64,000 nucleotides of DNA from Octopus sinensis (lineage: Eukaryota), in the NCBI RefSeq assembly GCF_006345805.1, contig NC_043007.1, positions 29,202,001 through 29,266,000 of the forward strand, read 5' to 3'. Under the pieces are notes generated by a model, which saw nothing but the letters and a program-made list of their open reading frames with translations, did no database searches and was not told the origin of the DNA. Both the position numbers and the translations under genes were made by a program. This document shows, one piece after another, positions 10,641 through 24,342 of the stretch; position 1 is the first letter of the stretch, and each line of letters opens with the position of its first letter.

Positions 10641-12692
10641 ACCTTCTCCCTCACAATATATCCTCTCGATCATCTCTCCACCTCTGTGATTCCAGGCTCT
10701 TCAGCACTCGTAGACTGTCCCCATCTCATTCATTAAACTTGCCCAGCACACTATCTCTCAGGTTACCTCCTCTTGCCTACCTCGACAGCCTTTTTACCTT
10801 CACTACATCAGTGGTCGACCTACAATTTTGGGTCCCTGAAACTTGAACTGTTATTAGAGCCCCTTTTACAACAAACAATACGACAACAAAGTCTGGAAAG
10901 TCATGCTTCCCATGTAAGGAACTTGAGGTCGAAAGGGAACTGAGTGATTGGGTGAAGTCCTTGACACATGGGACCATGCAGTAAGCCACTTCCCAGAAAC
11001 AGTGACCTCTGGGTAACCACATTGTATCCGTACTTGATACATCGTAGACTGATGAAATAAAATAGGGGAATGGCCACTGTTAATAGAATCTTTCATTTAA
11101 ACACCCATAGCAACACATACTACGGTAACTACAGCGAAAATAAAGAATACGCACACCCGGTGTTTAGGTTTTGGGTTAGTATCAGGGTTAGAGTTTTTGT
11201 TACGCCGAAAATAGGTGGTGTACATATTCTTTACTTATGCCAGAAACCACTGTTTACAAAATACTTTTCCTGTTTTCTTCTTCTAACGACATATTCATAC
11301 AAAGTTTTGTTAAATGAGTTTCCTTGTAATATTTTCTAGACACTTGAAATAAAGCGATCAAAATTTGTTCTTTATAAACTGCTAGAAATAACACTCGAAT
11401 AACCATCCAAGTATAGCCTATTGTCAAAGTATACTTTGGAATAAGCCTAGATACACAATATCAAATGGGATGGTCATGTCTGGAACACCTCTGATCATGG
11501 GTTTTAAATCTGAAAACATTTTTCGAAATTGCAAAAACAGAAGCGGCACCCCCTCCAACTCAGAATCCTAATTTAAGATGCTTAAAATATAAACGTCCAG
11601 AAAAAAAAAACAGATGAAATAATTTCTGACGCTTTTCTACAGGAATGCCCTGTAATGAAATGTGAGGCTTTCATTGACCATAATATGTTACCGCCAGGTG
11701 AGATTGGGAGAAATGTGATTGAGATTATCAAGTAACCGAGAAATATTTTAGGTGGAGAGAAGAGACGATGGTATTCAAAAGGTAATTAAAAGCTGGTGGG
11801 GTGTAAATGTGACAGTAGTTACCTTATCAACGAATAACTTTTGTTTAAAGATTTCGGTTTTTCATCTGAACCTTGGTCCTCAATGTTGTCTGTATTGGAC
11901 ATCTTGTCCTTTAAGTTTGTAATAGTTCGTGTGGAGAGAGAACGAGGATAGTAAGATATCAGATATTCGAAGACGTGTGAAACAAAAGCATGTGTGCCAG
12001 TCTGTTGAACAGTTGGATATATTTGTTACACAATGATGTCAATACACACCTGGCACATAACTACAATAAACGAGAGAAGAAAAGAGCTGATTGCTAATCT
12101 TAAACACAACCACACGACTACTACCCCACCCTCCACGGCAAACAGTCAGGTTTTATGACTAAGATCTTTAAAAGGAAGTGAATGTAATAGTTGTGGCCAC
12201 GGTGGGCAACTGATATGAAGTCAGTAGTGTTAACCTAGTTCAATGTTTACTTACGTTTCCCTCATCGTTATTTCCACTGAACAAGTTTGTAAGATATTAG
12301 GTCACCAGAAAGCAGTCGCCATACACGTTTCACAAAACTTTATATTGATACGTCATGTCCCACCACAACAAGTCTCTCTCTCTCTCTATTCCAATACAAT
12401 ACACCTGTAAGGTACACATATCCAATACTTTCTTGTGTCAGATTGTCCAGTGGAACGGTGCTAAGCAACTGCACTTGGTAATTTATGTAGTTATTATGTT
12501 TAAGACAAACACTAAAAATGTTAACCATTATCTTCCCCCTGTCTTCTTTTCAACAGGGTCAAAGCAACCTTTTCTCTACATCAGTGCTTCCCAACTTTTT
12601 CTCTACTAGGGCCCCTTTTATTTAAATGAGTTTTCCCACGGCCCCTTTTTAATATGCTTATCCTTGTGTGTGTGTTTGTATATATATAATAT

Positions 12693-13282
12693 TTTTTCAG
12701 AATGAGATAAAAAAACCAAGGCTGTGAAAGATTTCAGAACATTTATAAAGAGAAGGTCTTAGAGCTGTTTCCGGGATATTTATTATATCCCTTCAACGGA
12801 GACGGTGTGAGAAAATGGTTAATAGTTAGTTTAGATAAGATACAAAATAGAGAGTGAAGTGAAGGAATGAAAATAGAGGTGAGATATGCTGGGATATTGC
12901 ATTTGTAGACCCATTATTTAGGCAGAATGGTATACATATAAGATTCCAATATCTTGTGAGTAAAATCCAATAGTATCTAAAGTTGGTCATTCCAAGTATA
13001 GAGTTTGTACAGAGTGCTATTGAATCAAGGGTCTTATTTAAAGGGACCTAAAATTGGGAATGTATTTGTAAGGTCAAATCGAAAACAGGAAGAGAGGAAT
13101 AAAGAAAAGAGAAGAAAAAAGGAAAAAAAAGAGAAGAAAAGAAAAAACAGGAAAAACCATTTCCTCACACCGTCTCCAATGAAGGGATATAATAAATATC
13201 TTGGAAACAGCTGTAAGACCTATTTATAAATGTTCTAAAATCTTCACAGCCTTGGCTTTTTTATCTCATTCTAAACAAAAAA
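12693..13282. mobile_element. Penelope-type terminal repeat in inverted (foldback) arrangement
   Basis: About 125-bp inverted arms (12693-12820 vs 13155-13282), each carrying a degenerate hammerhead (gtct-cc(a/g)(a/t)tga-agggatat...atatc-GAAAC-agct-GTA-agac). Confidence 0.7.
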
Positions 13283-13488
13283 ATTTATATATACACATGC
13301 TGATATATGACCTACGTCGAACTCCTCACTCGCATAATCACCGAACCTGGAGCTTAACAATTGTCTATCCATATCACTTACTCAGCCCATTACCTCGTTT
13401 ACACCTTGTTTACACATTACTTCGTCACTGGAAAAAGGATATATATTTGCAAAGGGAGGCCTACTTTTCATCGACAGCCAGTGATTGT

Positions 13489-13533
13489 CACACGCTTATG
13501 AAGGGTCAATACCCAGAAACTCGAGTCCGTGTG
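13489..13533 (+). ncRNA. Hammerhead ribozyme motif with one core substitution
   Basis: cacacg-CTTATGA-aGGGTcaatACCCa-GAAAC-tcga-GTC-cgtgtg; 6-bp stem I, G5 replaced by T. Confidence 0.65.
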
Positions 13534-13980
13534 TATCATAGGTTGAAGACGGGAGGGATGGCTTCCCTTTGCAAATACTGATAGGATACAGAAAGTGTGT
13601 CACTAGCCAGCTGGAGGAGGTGTCCTCCTGGGGCTACAAGGTACAGTAGCATCCACCCTTAGGGGTTAGCCACATTTAAGTAGCAAATATACTTCACGAT
13701 TTATATATATTATATATATATATAATTTGAATTTAGTTCACAAACCCTACTGCAGTACTACCCTTGTGAACCACCAAGGGTCCATGGACCACAGTTTGGG
13801 AACCAGTGCTCTACATAAAGAAACAGTCTTGATGTGTGCACCACTTTAGTGTGCAGTCCTCTTGGCCATTTACACTTCACCATGTAGCCTTACCCGAACT
13901 CTATTCCTAACTTAAATCAGGTCATTTCACAGCATAGACTATAGACACTGTGGTAGAATGCATGCTAAAAGTAGCACCAA

Positions 13981-14025
<45 letters not shown>

Positions 14026-14149
14026 CCATTTCTTTATCGATGAAGATCAGCTGCCAAGGGAGGAGTTGAATCTCACAAAAATGGAAAAACAAACAAATGG
14101 GTTGTACCTTACATTAAACTCCTTTAAGAGCATTCAAATGCTACTGCAC

Positions 14150-14366
14150 TTAACTGAGGTCAGTTAAGTACATCATCAAGTATATACAGAAAGGGAGTGT
14201 CAAAGCAGCTTTTCAAATAAACAATAGTCAATATCTAATGGGCAGGTATATTGGACCGTCCAGTTGCATCCATTTTAGGATTTTCAATTCATGAAAGAGA
14301 ACCTGCAATAGTGAGACTGCAAGTTCATCTACCATATGAACAAAGAATGTTGCTCAGAAATAATGA

Positions 14367-14429
<63 letters not shown>

Positions 14430-14600
14430 GTATGCATGGCTGTCAATGAACGACACATGAGAACATTGACAGAATTCTTTTCATTGTGCATCAATGATGA
14501 CTTTGCAAAGACATTACTTTATGTTGAAGTTCCCAGGTATTTCACTTGGAACAATAAGAAGAAAGAATGGCAAAGAAGAAAGCAAGGTAAGGAATTAGGT
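14150..14600 (+). mobile_element. Helitron Rep/helicase central fragment
   Basis: ILGFSIHEREPAIVRLQVHLPYEQ and TLTEFFSLCINDDFAKTLLYVEVPRYFTWNNKKKEWQRRKQG are characteristic Helitron motifs; split by (TA)n. Confidence 0.85.
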
Positions 14601-15399
14601 CAGGAACTTTGTTAGATTACAGCTGTTTCTGCTGTGAGATGCAATACATTCATAGTTGAATGCTTGGGTGTCACCCAATAGATGTATTGGAGCTTCAAAT
14701 ATATGTGTATGTGTGTATACACACGCACACACATATATATACACAGGCATGGTTGTGCAATTAAGAAGTTTCTTTCCTGACCACATGGTTCCAGGTTTAG
14801 TCCCACTGCATGGCATATTGAGCAATTGTATTCTATAACCCCAGGCCAACCAAAACGTGGAGAGTGGGTTTGGTAGACAGAAACTGAAAGAAGCCTCTGT
14901 GTGTGTGTGTGTCCCCTCTCCCCACTCTTGACATCACATGACAGTTGTAAACAAGCATCACTGTCATACAAGCAGTGTCATTTGTTTCCAGTTGTTTGTA
15001 GAAATATGTGAAACCAAGAAGTATATTACCTTACCTGAAAATGCATGAGGCTTGCTGACAGAAAAGGTATCCAAACATAGAAAATTTACCTCAACGAATT
15101 GTGTCTAACCCACACAACCATGAAAAAGTGGATTATGTGATTATATATATATAGAGAGAGAGAGAGCATCATCATCAAATGGCTTCCATGTTGGCAAGGG
15201 TTGAATGAATCAACAGAACCTGACAAACTAGAGGATTTGGTTTAGCTCCAATGCTTGTGTTGGTTTCTACACCTGCATGCCCTTCCAAATGCCAACCACT
15301 TTAGAGTGTAAGAATGTATTGGATGTTTTTTATTTATTTTTTTGTGGCACCAGCACCAGTGATGTTACCAAGCAACAGGCAAGTCAAACAGAGTTCCCT

Positions 15400-15698
15400 C
15401 AATAGGGACATTCACCATAAACAATGCAACCAGACCAGCTGCCTATAGACAACTGGAGACACCTGATGAACAACAGGCTTACTTTCGACAGACAGACTGA
15501 CAGACAGCACATAGATGCCATGAAACCCCACAACAGTATCAGGCCAGGCATGACAAGCAGAGACTAGACCCTGTCAATACACACATGAACCAAAGAACAG
15601 AGGTACCTTCAGCCATGATCCTGGACATGACTACACTTCTGAAAAATAGTTTCAATTAGTACCATGACCAATATTTGTGATAAAGGTTTGACTAAGAC

Positions 15699-15734
<36 letters not shown>

Positions 15735-16350
15735 TAGTGTATTGTTCCAATGGTAAAGTTAATCTACCCATTCTTGTTGATCCCTCAGAGTCTCCAAAGC
15801 AGCTTCTTAATGCCTCGGCTAAGAAATCCATGTATTATTTGAAGAATGTCAGAAAATATAACTGTTTTACAAACGACTTCTTTAGAGCCAACATAATAAT
15901 CAGTTAAGGGGAAATCATGCCAGCTTTTGGAGTAGAAGGACAAATCTCCCAAGACGTTGGTTCACTTCTGCCCTTGTACAATGAAGGCCCCTGATTTCTG
16001 CAGCTGCACTGAAGGAGACAAGTTCTTAATAGAAAAGCCATCTGACCAGGCACAAAACGTGGCTCGTTTCTTAAACTTCAAGAGATGGTCCATGTATAGA
16101 ACAGTCATGTCAGGAGTTTCAGGTATATCTTGGAGTCTGCAGCCACTTTGGAGTTTCAATTTTGCCACTGATGAATATAAGGAGCCATCTAGAGAACACG
16201 CAGGTTGTTTCTGAGCTGCTGAATGTCAAATAGTTACTGTCATCATGAGAAGAAACTCCCATTGCAAAAGAGACGTCATTCGGAAGCATAAAGACACCTC
16301 TACCAAAACCATGAGACACACAGGTCCTAGGATGCCTTACAATATAATAG
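15400..16350 (+). mobile_element. Helitron N-terminal fragment (degraded)
   Basis: YCSNGKVNLPILVDPSESPKQLL...YLKNVRKYNCF, MPAFGVEGQI, FLQLH; preceded by ETPDEQQ/ETPQQYQAR-type repeats. Confidence 0.75.
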
Positions 16351-17341
16351 TTTCACATGAAATTGAACTGTTTTCGCTTTGATGGTTCGGCTGCTACAAA
16401 TGTGGAGCCAATCAATGAAGCTTTATTTCATTGGCTGCAAGAGTAATAAGTGAAACAAACCTGCAAACATTTAATAAAGGATTTGCTGGACATAAAACTA
16501 ATGGGTGTTGGCAATTTACAATGAACAACTTAAATATTTGCTAAGTGGGAGGGTGACAGACTGCTCTGAAATTATAGAAAGCTATCTGTGTGACAAAATG
16601 CAGCTGGATCCCGAAATATACAAAGACAAATCTTCATGCTGATGAAATTCCTTGGCTGTCTGAGTGGCAAGAGTGGAGGCGCATGTCACTCAGTCGCCTT
16701 CACATGTATAATAGATACACATGTAGGCTTCAGTTCAGTCCCACTGCATGACACTTTGGGAAAGTGTCTTCCACTATAGCCCTAGGCCAACCAAAGTTTT
16801 GTAAGTGGATTTGGTAGATGGAAACTGAAAGAAACCCATGTGTATGTCTGTGCATATGTATGTATGTATGCATGCATGTGTGTATGTGTTTCAAGATCCA
16901 CTGTTCCAAAAAGAAATTATTTCAGGCTGTCTTGAAGTTTATAAGTTGACATCAACATTATATATTTATGTCATATTGTATGCACAAAATTACACACACA
17001 CACACACAGAGGCTTGTTGCCAGTTTAAATATGCTTGAGGTATATTCAAACTCATAAGATAGCCATTCACTGTATTTTGTGATGGAGGAAATTTCTCACT
17101 GTAGACAGAAAGGTGTAAACACACCAAATGAGTGCTCTCTAACCAGACTGTTGGATGCATGCATTTCAGAATGGTTATCTCCTCTTCAGCACCAGAACTA
17201 TCAAGAGAAATACTATTATCACGGGCGTATAAATTTACAACCCATCAATCTAACTAGTTTGATAGGTGCTAACACACAAAACCTTTGGCCCTTCAGTTAC
17301 TTTGTTGCTTCTACTAAATATTAATAAAATATATACGTATG

Positions 17342-17374
<33 letters not shown>

Positions 17375-17809
17375 TCTTATTTTGAGTTCTATTTTTCCTG
17401 TTTGCATCATGAAACACACACATGCATCTAAATGTAGACAAAAGAAAGATCAGCCATGACTGATTAACAAAGGTTCACATTGCAACCCTTATACAAATAT
17501 TAACTTCCAGACCCAGTTCCATTTCTTGGCAGTTTCCATTACCATTGTAATAAGGACCCAGCTACCCTGAAATAGTAACTTCCAACACTCCACCCACCTC
17601 ATCTCTTCCCTCGTCTTCCTCAAACACTTCACTCAAATCTCCATGAGACTATCCCCTCCTCCTCACCTATAGATATGTGGGGGGAAGTCCTCTTCAATAG
17701 ACTAGTGTACTATCCCATGTTGAAGTCTCCTCGCATCAAACCCAAATGCCACAAACTCATTAAAAGCAGCTTCAATCTGCTGCAGATGTTTTACATCATC
17801 ATCATCATT

Positions 17810-17995
17810 CAGTATTTTAAATCTGGGTTTTGTCCCCGTGAACGGGGGTGGCCAGATCTGCCTCACTGCCATAGCAACTGAGGTAAGCAGGTGCATCCCA
17901 CCCCAACCTTTGGGTTGGCTGGCTGGTGCCCATTCTCCTTTGCTATCACGAGGCTTATTTGGAGCTGGATTTTCTATGGGGAGCATGGCCCCAAC
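17810..17995 (-). repeat. Unclassified interspersed repeat, second copy at about 50480-50670
   Basis: Shared TTTAAATCTGGGTTTTGTCCCC...GCCATAGCAAC...GGCTGGTGCCCATTCTCCTTTGCTATC...GGAGCTGGATTTTC with (GAT)n tail. Confidence 0.7.
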
Positions 17996-18179
17996 ATTTT
18001 TACATTTCAAAAGACAGACAGACAGCCGACACTGAAATATGTTCAAAGAGAGAGAGACACAGTAACAGACGTCCTACAATGACAAACAATTTCAAACCTT
18101 GAATTCTGGTCATATTTTACCAAATTCTTGTTTTATTTTCTTCAAAGTTTTGTTTCCAGAATTATATAATAATAATGAA

Positions 18180-18500
18180 GTTATTGTATACCATGCTCAG
18201 GTGCAGTTCAGCTCATTAGAAAAGGTAGCCAAAAGTGCAGGGCATGGAATAATGCACAGAAAGTGAACAGTGAATGTGTGGTTAAAAAACAAAAACGGGG
18301 ATGGGGGCCATCGGGTGCACTGTTAGCAAATTTCAGGAAGGATGGAAGTTTTGAAGGATGTAGTGTCCCGACAGCTAACAATTGATGTGGATAGTTTATT
18401 CCATGCTTCAGTAATTCTGAATGTGAAAAAATGTTTCTGAAAGTCATGGGTGTTGAATTTTGATTTTGTAAGCAGGTCCACAATTTTTAGAATTGCTTTC
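18180..18500 (-). mobile_element. CR1-like LINE 3' end
   Basis: HDFQKHFFTFRITEAWNKLSTSIVSCRDTTSFK and tail TGCACCTGAGCA...TACAATAA. Confidence 0.75.
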
Positions 18501-21500
18501 TTTATCCAGTTGGTTAAAACCAGGGCTGGGAAGTTGAAACAAGAAAACTTCGATTCTGACCCCAACTTTACCGTTGGCACCTCCGACTCCTCTTTATGTA
18601 ATCAAGTGATTGTGGTCTACATATCTCATAAAGCATATGCATACGCTTGTACTTTGAGTCGGCCCAGAGGTTAGAACTGGTTCATATTAAAGAATATTTT
18701 GAAGTGGGAGTTGGTACAGACCCCAACTCAAGCTACCCCTTATTTGTTTCCAACTCCACAGCCCTGTTAAAACAGAGATTTTCAAACATTTTTGTCACAA
18801 CTAATTTTATCTATCTTGCGACCCACAGTTTAAAAAATGCTGGCTTAAAATACAGTCTTTACAAATGTAATAATAATAATGCAGCAGCCAAAGAAAGTTC
18901 TCTGCTGGCCTCAGACAGGATCTGTGGAGGCAGATTTTCTTCAGAATGAAGTTCTTCCTTCTCCATCCTTTGTTTCTCAAACAAAATGTTTTCACATTCT
19001 ACTGGCCCCGATGCATTAAAACTGGCAGAACGTGGGAGCTTTTGTTCGCTGCAGAATGTAAACATCAATATTTTTGCTCAAACAATATCAATGAAGACAC
19101 ACAAAATCAACACTCACAAGTGTATGCTCACGCACGCACACACACACGCACACACACACACACACCCATCCATCAATACCATCTTTGCTTCCATTTCGAT
19201 TTTCTCACTAAGTTTTGTCTGACTTAAATCCACAGATTAGACAAAACTTATTGAGGCAGATTTTTTATGGCCAGAGGCTTCTCCTGCTACCAAGCTTCAC
19301 CTGTTTCCAAATAAGGTAATATTTCTCCTAATTCTTCAAACAATGATGGTGTAAAAGCAGGAGGGATGGAAGAGACAGCACTTAGAGGTGTAATGAGAAG
19401 AATGAAAGACAGAATATGATAAGGGAGAGAGAGAGAGTAATGGAAGAGAGGCACTAATGGTAGCAACATGGTTGCAGTTAAAGGAAAAAGAGAATATCAG
19501 ATAGTTATAGGAATGGTGAGCAAGAAGAGAGTGTAATGGATGTCAGTAATGAGGGACTTGGGGAGAGAGGGATTGGTGGTGGTGGGGGTTGTGGGGGTGG
19601 GAATAATGTTAGAAAATAAAGAAGAATGTGGGTATTATAAAGCCAAGGTGAAGGCTATCAATGAAAGAGTGAGCAGAGAGAGAGTGAGTGATGATGGGCA
19701 GCTGAGGAGGGAAAACAGGGATGGATTAACAACCAATAGTTACAACATCTTTCTTCACTTAAGTATCAGATTCAGAAGATAAAGGAAGCGGGGTGGGAGC
19801 AAATAACGGATGGGTGGGTAGGAGAGGGATCGAGTATGGTTTGGTCCAGTGATTTCCTTTTGTTTCACAAGTGACATGGCACAGGGAATCACGGAGGCAG
19901 TTGATAATGGTAACTGGGGGGGGGGGGGCAGCCAAGGGAGCAGATGGGGAAATATGCCGTCAGCTTCCATCACCCCTGCTCTCTAAGAACAGTCAGTGCT
20001 GTGGTGGTGGTGGGGGGGGGGGTGAACACTGCCAGAACAGCCAAGGCTGTGGTCACTTTCAGAGCTGAGACCAATACCTATACACTGGACACTCCAACAT
20101 GTCCAATCTGTCAGAGTAAAGACCAGCTGGAGCAACGCAGAGATAATTTATGTATAAGCAGTCAAACAACCAAATGGAGTTACCATAGCAACATCAAATA
20201 AGCCATGGGTGCCTGTATGTGGTTGCTTGGCTTGCTAGAAATAACACCCAAATCCCTCTTAACTCCTATCTTACAACCTTAAATATAGGTTACACGAGAA
20301 GGTAGTTGCACAGAACCCTAAAAAGGTTGGGGAAGGCAACGGGGATTGGGGGGGGGGGGTGCAGTCAATCAAGGCTGAGCCACAGCTAATTATTTTCAAC
20401 AACAGAAATAATAATTAATGCTGAGGAAGTGGTAAACAATGTGTTTGTAGTAAACAAAATGTTAATCAGATTAATTAACTTATTAATTATAAAAAGCAAC
20501 AAACATCAGCAGGATGGGATCTGGAGAGGAAGCTCTTCTGACTCACACACACATTTACTACTTTCAGTCATTAGACTGCGGCCATGCTGGGGCAGCACTA
20601 CCTTGAAGAATTGGCAAACAAATCAACCTTAGTACTTCGCTTTTCTTTTTTCCGAAGTCTGGTGCTTATTCTATCAATCTCCTTTTGCCGAACTGCCAAG
20701 TAACAAGGACATAAACACACCAACACTGATTGTCAAGTAATATTGGGTGGGGGGGCAAACACATACATGTATATGACAGGCTTCTTTCAGTTTCCATCAG
20801 ATTCACTCATAAAGCTGGTTGGTTTTCCATCCCAGACGAAGTTAATTCCACTTCATCTTACTAACAATGTAGCTGCTATAAGGTCATTGTCCTGCTAGAA
20901 ACAGCAGTCAAATGCTATCCCAAACCATACTGGAGTCGTTTAAATAATGAAGGCCACAATGTACAATGTAAATCCTCTTAAAAGACTGGATGGTCATGTG
21001 TGGAACATTTTTGATCTTAGGCCTATTGGATCAAGGTTAACATCATTAATGTTTAATAAAAAAAAAGACATGAACACCACCACATCTCTGCTACTTTATC
21101 AATGTTGCATCTCAAAAGTTACACACACACACCCCTGAAAATATTTCAGGTTCCAACATTTGAAGATGGTCTCTGAACAAGTCACTAGGGTACACCACCA
21201 CCCATTGACCTACCACCACTACTATCACCCATACTCCTATTTAATTCTGCAGTAATCAAAGTATTAGAAATGGTCAACCAAGAGGCAGAAATACCACAAA
21301 GAAACGAAAAAGGTGGAGATTAGCGGGGATTATTGTGATGAAACAGATTAAAGCAGTTAAATCCACAATTTGCTTGGTTTATGGAACATATATTTCTATA
21401 GCCACGCATTCGATTTGTCTGGCTCCCTCTGGTGTAATGACTGGATGATTATGATGATGGAATTATCAATAGGGTTAAACTGGGTGGGACAAATCATTTG

Positions 21501-21589
21501 ATCTCTTGCAATTTAAAAACATAAACATACACACACGTGTGTGTGTGCATATATAGATTATTGTGTGTGTGATACATATATGTATCTAT

Positions 21590-21689
21590 ATATATACACA
21601 CACACACTTGTCTATACTAGCATTTATGCAAGGCTGTTATATGTGTGTGTGCACGCGCGTGTGTATGTATATGTGTGTGTGTGTGTGTG

Positions 21690-21725
<36 letters not shown>

Positions 21726-21790
21726 CACACACACGCGCGCGTGCACACACACATATAACAGCCTTGCATAAATGCTAGTATAGGCAAGTG

Positions 21791-21810
<20 letters not shown>
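21590..21810. repeat. Large imperfect palindrome centred on (TA)n
   Basis: cacttgtctatactagcatttatgcaaggctgttatatgtgtgtgtgcacgcgcg mirrored by cgcgcgtgcacacacacatataacagccttgcataaatgctagtataggcaagtg. Confidence 0.9.
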
Positions 21811-21830
<20 letters not shown>

Positions 21831-21833
<3 letters not shown>

Positions 21834-22214
21834 TCTTTTACTTGTTTCAGTCATTTGACTGCGGCCATGCTGGAGCACCGCCTTTAGTCGAGCAAATCGA
21901 CCCTGGGACTTATTCTTTTGTAAGCCCAGTACTTATTCCATCGGTCTCTTTTGCCGAACCGCTAAGTGACGGGGACGTAAACACACCAGCATCGGTTGTC
22001 AAGCAATGCTAAGGGGACAAACACACATACATACATATATATACACATATACGACAGGCTTCTTTCAGTTTCCGTCTACCAAATCCACTCACAAGGCATT
22101 GGTCGGCCCGGGGCTACAGCAGAAGACACTTGTCCAAGATGCCACGCAGTGGGACCGAACCCGGAACCATGTGGTTGGTTAGCAAGCTACTTACCACACA
22201 GCCACTCCTGCACC
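21831..22214 (-). mobile_element. SINE family A, full length
   Basis: Same head, core and tail as 1746-2160; CpG-rich, so likely young. Confidence 0.85.
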
Positions 22215-22279
22215 TATATATATATATTTTTTTTTAGAAAAACAAATTTGGAGAAGCACATTCTAAGAAGTAGAGCAGT

Positions 22280-22715
22280 CTATATTTAAGAGATGAGGAA
22301 TTATTTGCATTATTTGCATTTGAGGGATATTTGTCCTCATCTTGCTTATTGTTAACACAATGTTTTGGCTGATATACCCTCCAGCCTTCATCAGGTGTCT
22401 TGGGGAAATATCAAACCTGGGTTCTCATTCCTAAGGTATTTTTCGACATTATTATTTATTATTATTATTATTATTATTCAGGTCACTGCCTGGAATCGAA
22501 CTCGGAATCTTGGGGTTAGTAGCCCATGCTCTTAACAACTACACCATATGCCCATGGTCATAATAATAATATCGAAAAATACCTTAGGAATGAGAACCCA
22601 GGTTCGAAATTTTCCCAAGACACCTGATGAAGGCTGGAGGGTATATCAGCCGAAACATTGTGTTGACAATAAACAAGTTGAGGACAAATATCCATCAAAT
22701 GTAAATAATGTAAAT
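22280..22715. mobile_element. Penelope-type terminal repeat, inverted pair with hammerhead motifs
   Basis: Arms about 22300-22455 and 22560-22712 are reverse complements; plus copy agacac-CTGATGA-aGGCTG...CAGCC-GAAAC-att-gtgtt at about 22618-22664; minus copy has GAAA changed to AAAA. Confidence 0.8.
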
Positions 22716-23404
22716 ATATATATAATTAAAGTATGTGTGTATTAAAGTGTGTGTGTGTGTGTTTATATTTATAAGGATGAAGTGGATGGGATTTGTTGCT
22801 TGAGAGTTGGACTGGTTTTGTTGTCCCTTCTAAAGTTTGTGCCAATTTCTGACAATTTGGCTGGTATTCTGTTCACTTTTCTAGGGAGAAGGAAGGTTGT
22901 GGTAACAGGGCTATGGTATTTTCCTTTTGTTGATCCTTCTGATGACTATTTGCCATGTTCCGACCTGGATAATCAGAGGGAGATGAAGAGTGATTCATGT
23001 AGGTTTTTGTCACATGTGTCAGGAAGTTGTCAGTTTGAGGAGAAGAGCACCGTTATGAGACTTTGTCTTTTGAGGGTGATGGCAGTAAACCTCTTTGCTG
23101 CCTTGGCAATAGTTGCTGTTATGGAAAGGGGATTTTAGCCCCTTTGCCAGAAGGTAGAAAGCTTTTTGATGATTGGTGCTCCCACATAAGCAACACCTGG
23201 TTCTCCTGGTATTTTTAAAATTTCAATATAGATTAGATTGAAGATCCTCTGAAACCTTTCATGTGTCAGCAGCATCTCCACCTCCCTTTTGACCCCTGAT
23301 TAGTTCTTCTGAGGAAGGGAGCTTGATCTTGGGGAAATTATTTTGCCAAACCAGTCCAATATCTTGGTGACTTATTTAAATAATAATAATAATCATAATA
23401 ATAA

Positions 23405-23962
23405 TAATAATAATTGTGTACAGTGCTCAGGTGCACTACAACTCATCTAAAGTGCATATATAATCAGGTGTAGTTTCGGCGGATTTCGGAAAGCATGAGG
23501 GCCTTAAAGGATGCAGTATCATGGCAGTCAACAACTGACGCAGGCAGTTTATTCCATGCTTCAGCAACTCTGAGCGTGAAGAAATGTTTCCGAAAGTCAT
23601 GGGAGCTGTGTTGTTTTCTGACTTTGTAGGCATGTCAACGTGTGTTAGACACATGGAGATCAAAAAGGTGTTCAGTGTTGTTATTGGTGAGGTGGTTGAC
23701 AACTTTGTGGGCGTTTACCAAGTCCGTCGCCAGACGCCGGAGCTTCAGTGAATCCATGCCCAGGGAAACAAGGCGCTCAGAATATGGTAGGTGTCTGATG
23801 GAGGGTATGCGTTTGGTTGCACGTCTCTGAACAGATTCCAGGAGGTCAATGTTCTGAGCAAGATAGGGGTTCCAAACTGATGATGCGAATTCCAAGTGTG
23901 GTCGTACCATAGCTGTATACAGTTTTAAATAGATGGCTGGAGAGCGGCTAACAAAAGTCTCA
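23405..23962 (-). mobile_element. CR1-like LINE 3' fragment
   Basis: MVRPHLEFASSVWNPYLAQNIDLLESVQRRATKRIP...YSERL...LRR...DL; tail GTGCACCTGAGCACTGTACACA(ATT)n. Confidence 0.9.
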
Positions 23963-24031
23963 ACTCTCTTAGTATGTTAGAAAGATTACATTCATTCGTA
24001 TCTACATCTCCCCAGATACGTTGATCTAAAT

Positions 24032-24342
24032 CAGTGGTTCTAAATCAGGGTCCATGCAACAAAATAGTAAACTGGAGATCCACAAGGGTATTTTAAGGGC
24101 CCCTGAAAAAAGTTTGCTTTAGATGTATGTATTGGTGTGTATTGCCAGAAACAGTTGGGTTTCTTCCTCCACCATTTTACTCAGTTCAACCAACGAAAAG
24201 TTAATGTGAGAAAAACAAAATAGGAATTTTGAAGGAAATTTCTAAAAAACTAGGTTTTAGACATTGAATGGCAGTAGGGGCCCATCAGAGTAAAATAGTA
24301 ATGAAAGGGGTTTCAAAGGTGAAAAATGTTTGAGAACCCCTG
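24032..24342. mobile_element. hAT MITE
   Basis: TIRs CAGTGGTTCTAAA / TTGAGAACCCCTG; 8-bp TSD atctaaat / atataaat (1 mismatch). Confidence 0.75.

Larger units (their letters stand above)
12582..13808. mobile_element. hAT (Charlie-like) non-autonomous element with nested Penelope-type insertions
   Basis: TIRs CAGTGCTTCCCAAC / GTTTGGGAACCAGTG; identical 8-bp TSD ctctacat at 12574-12581 and 13809-13816. Confidence 0.8.
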
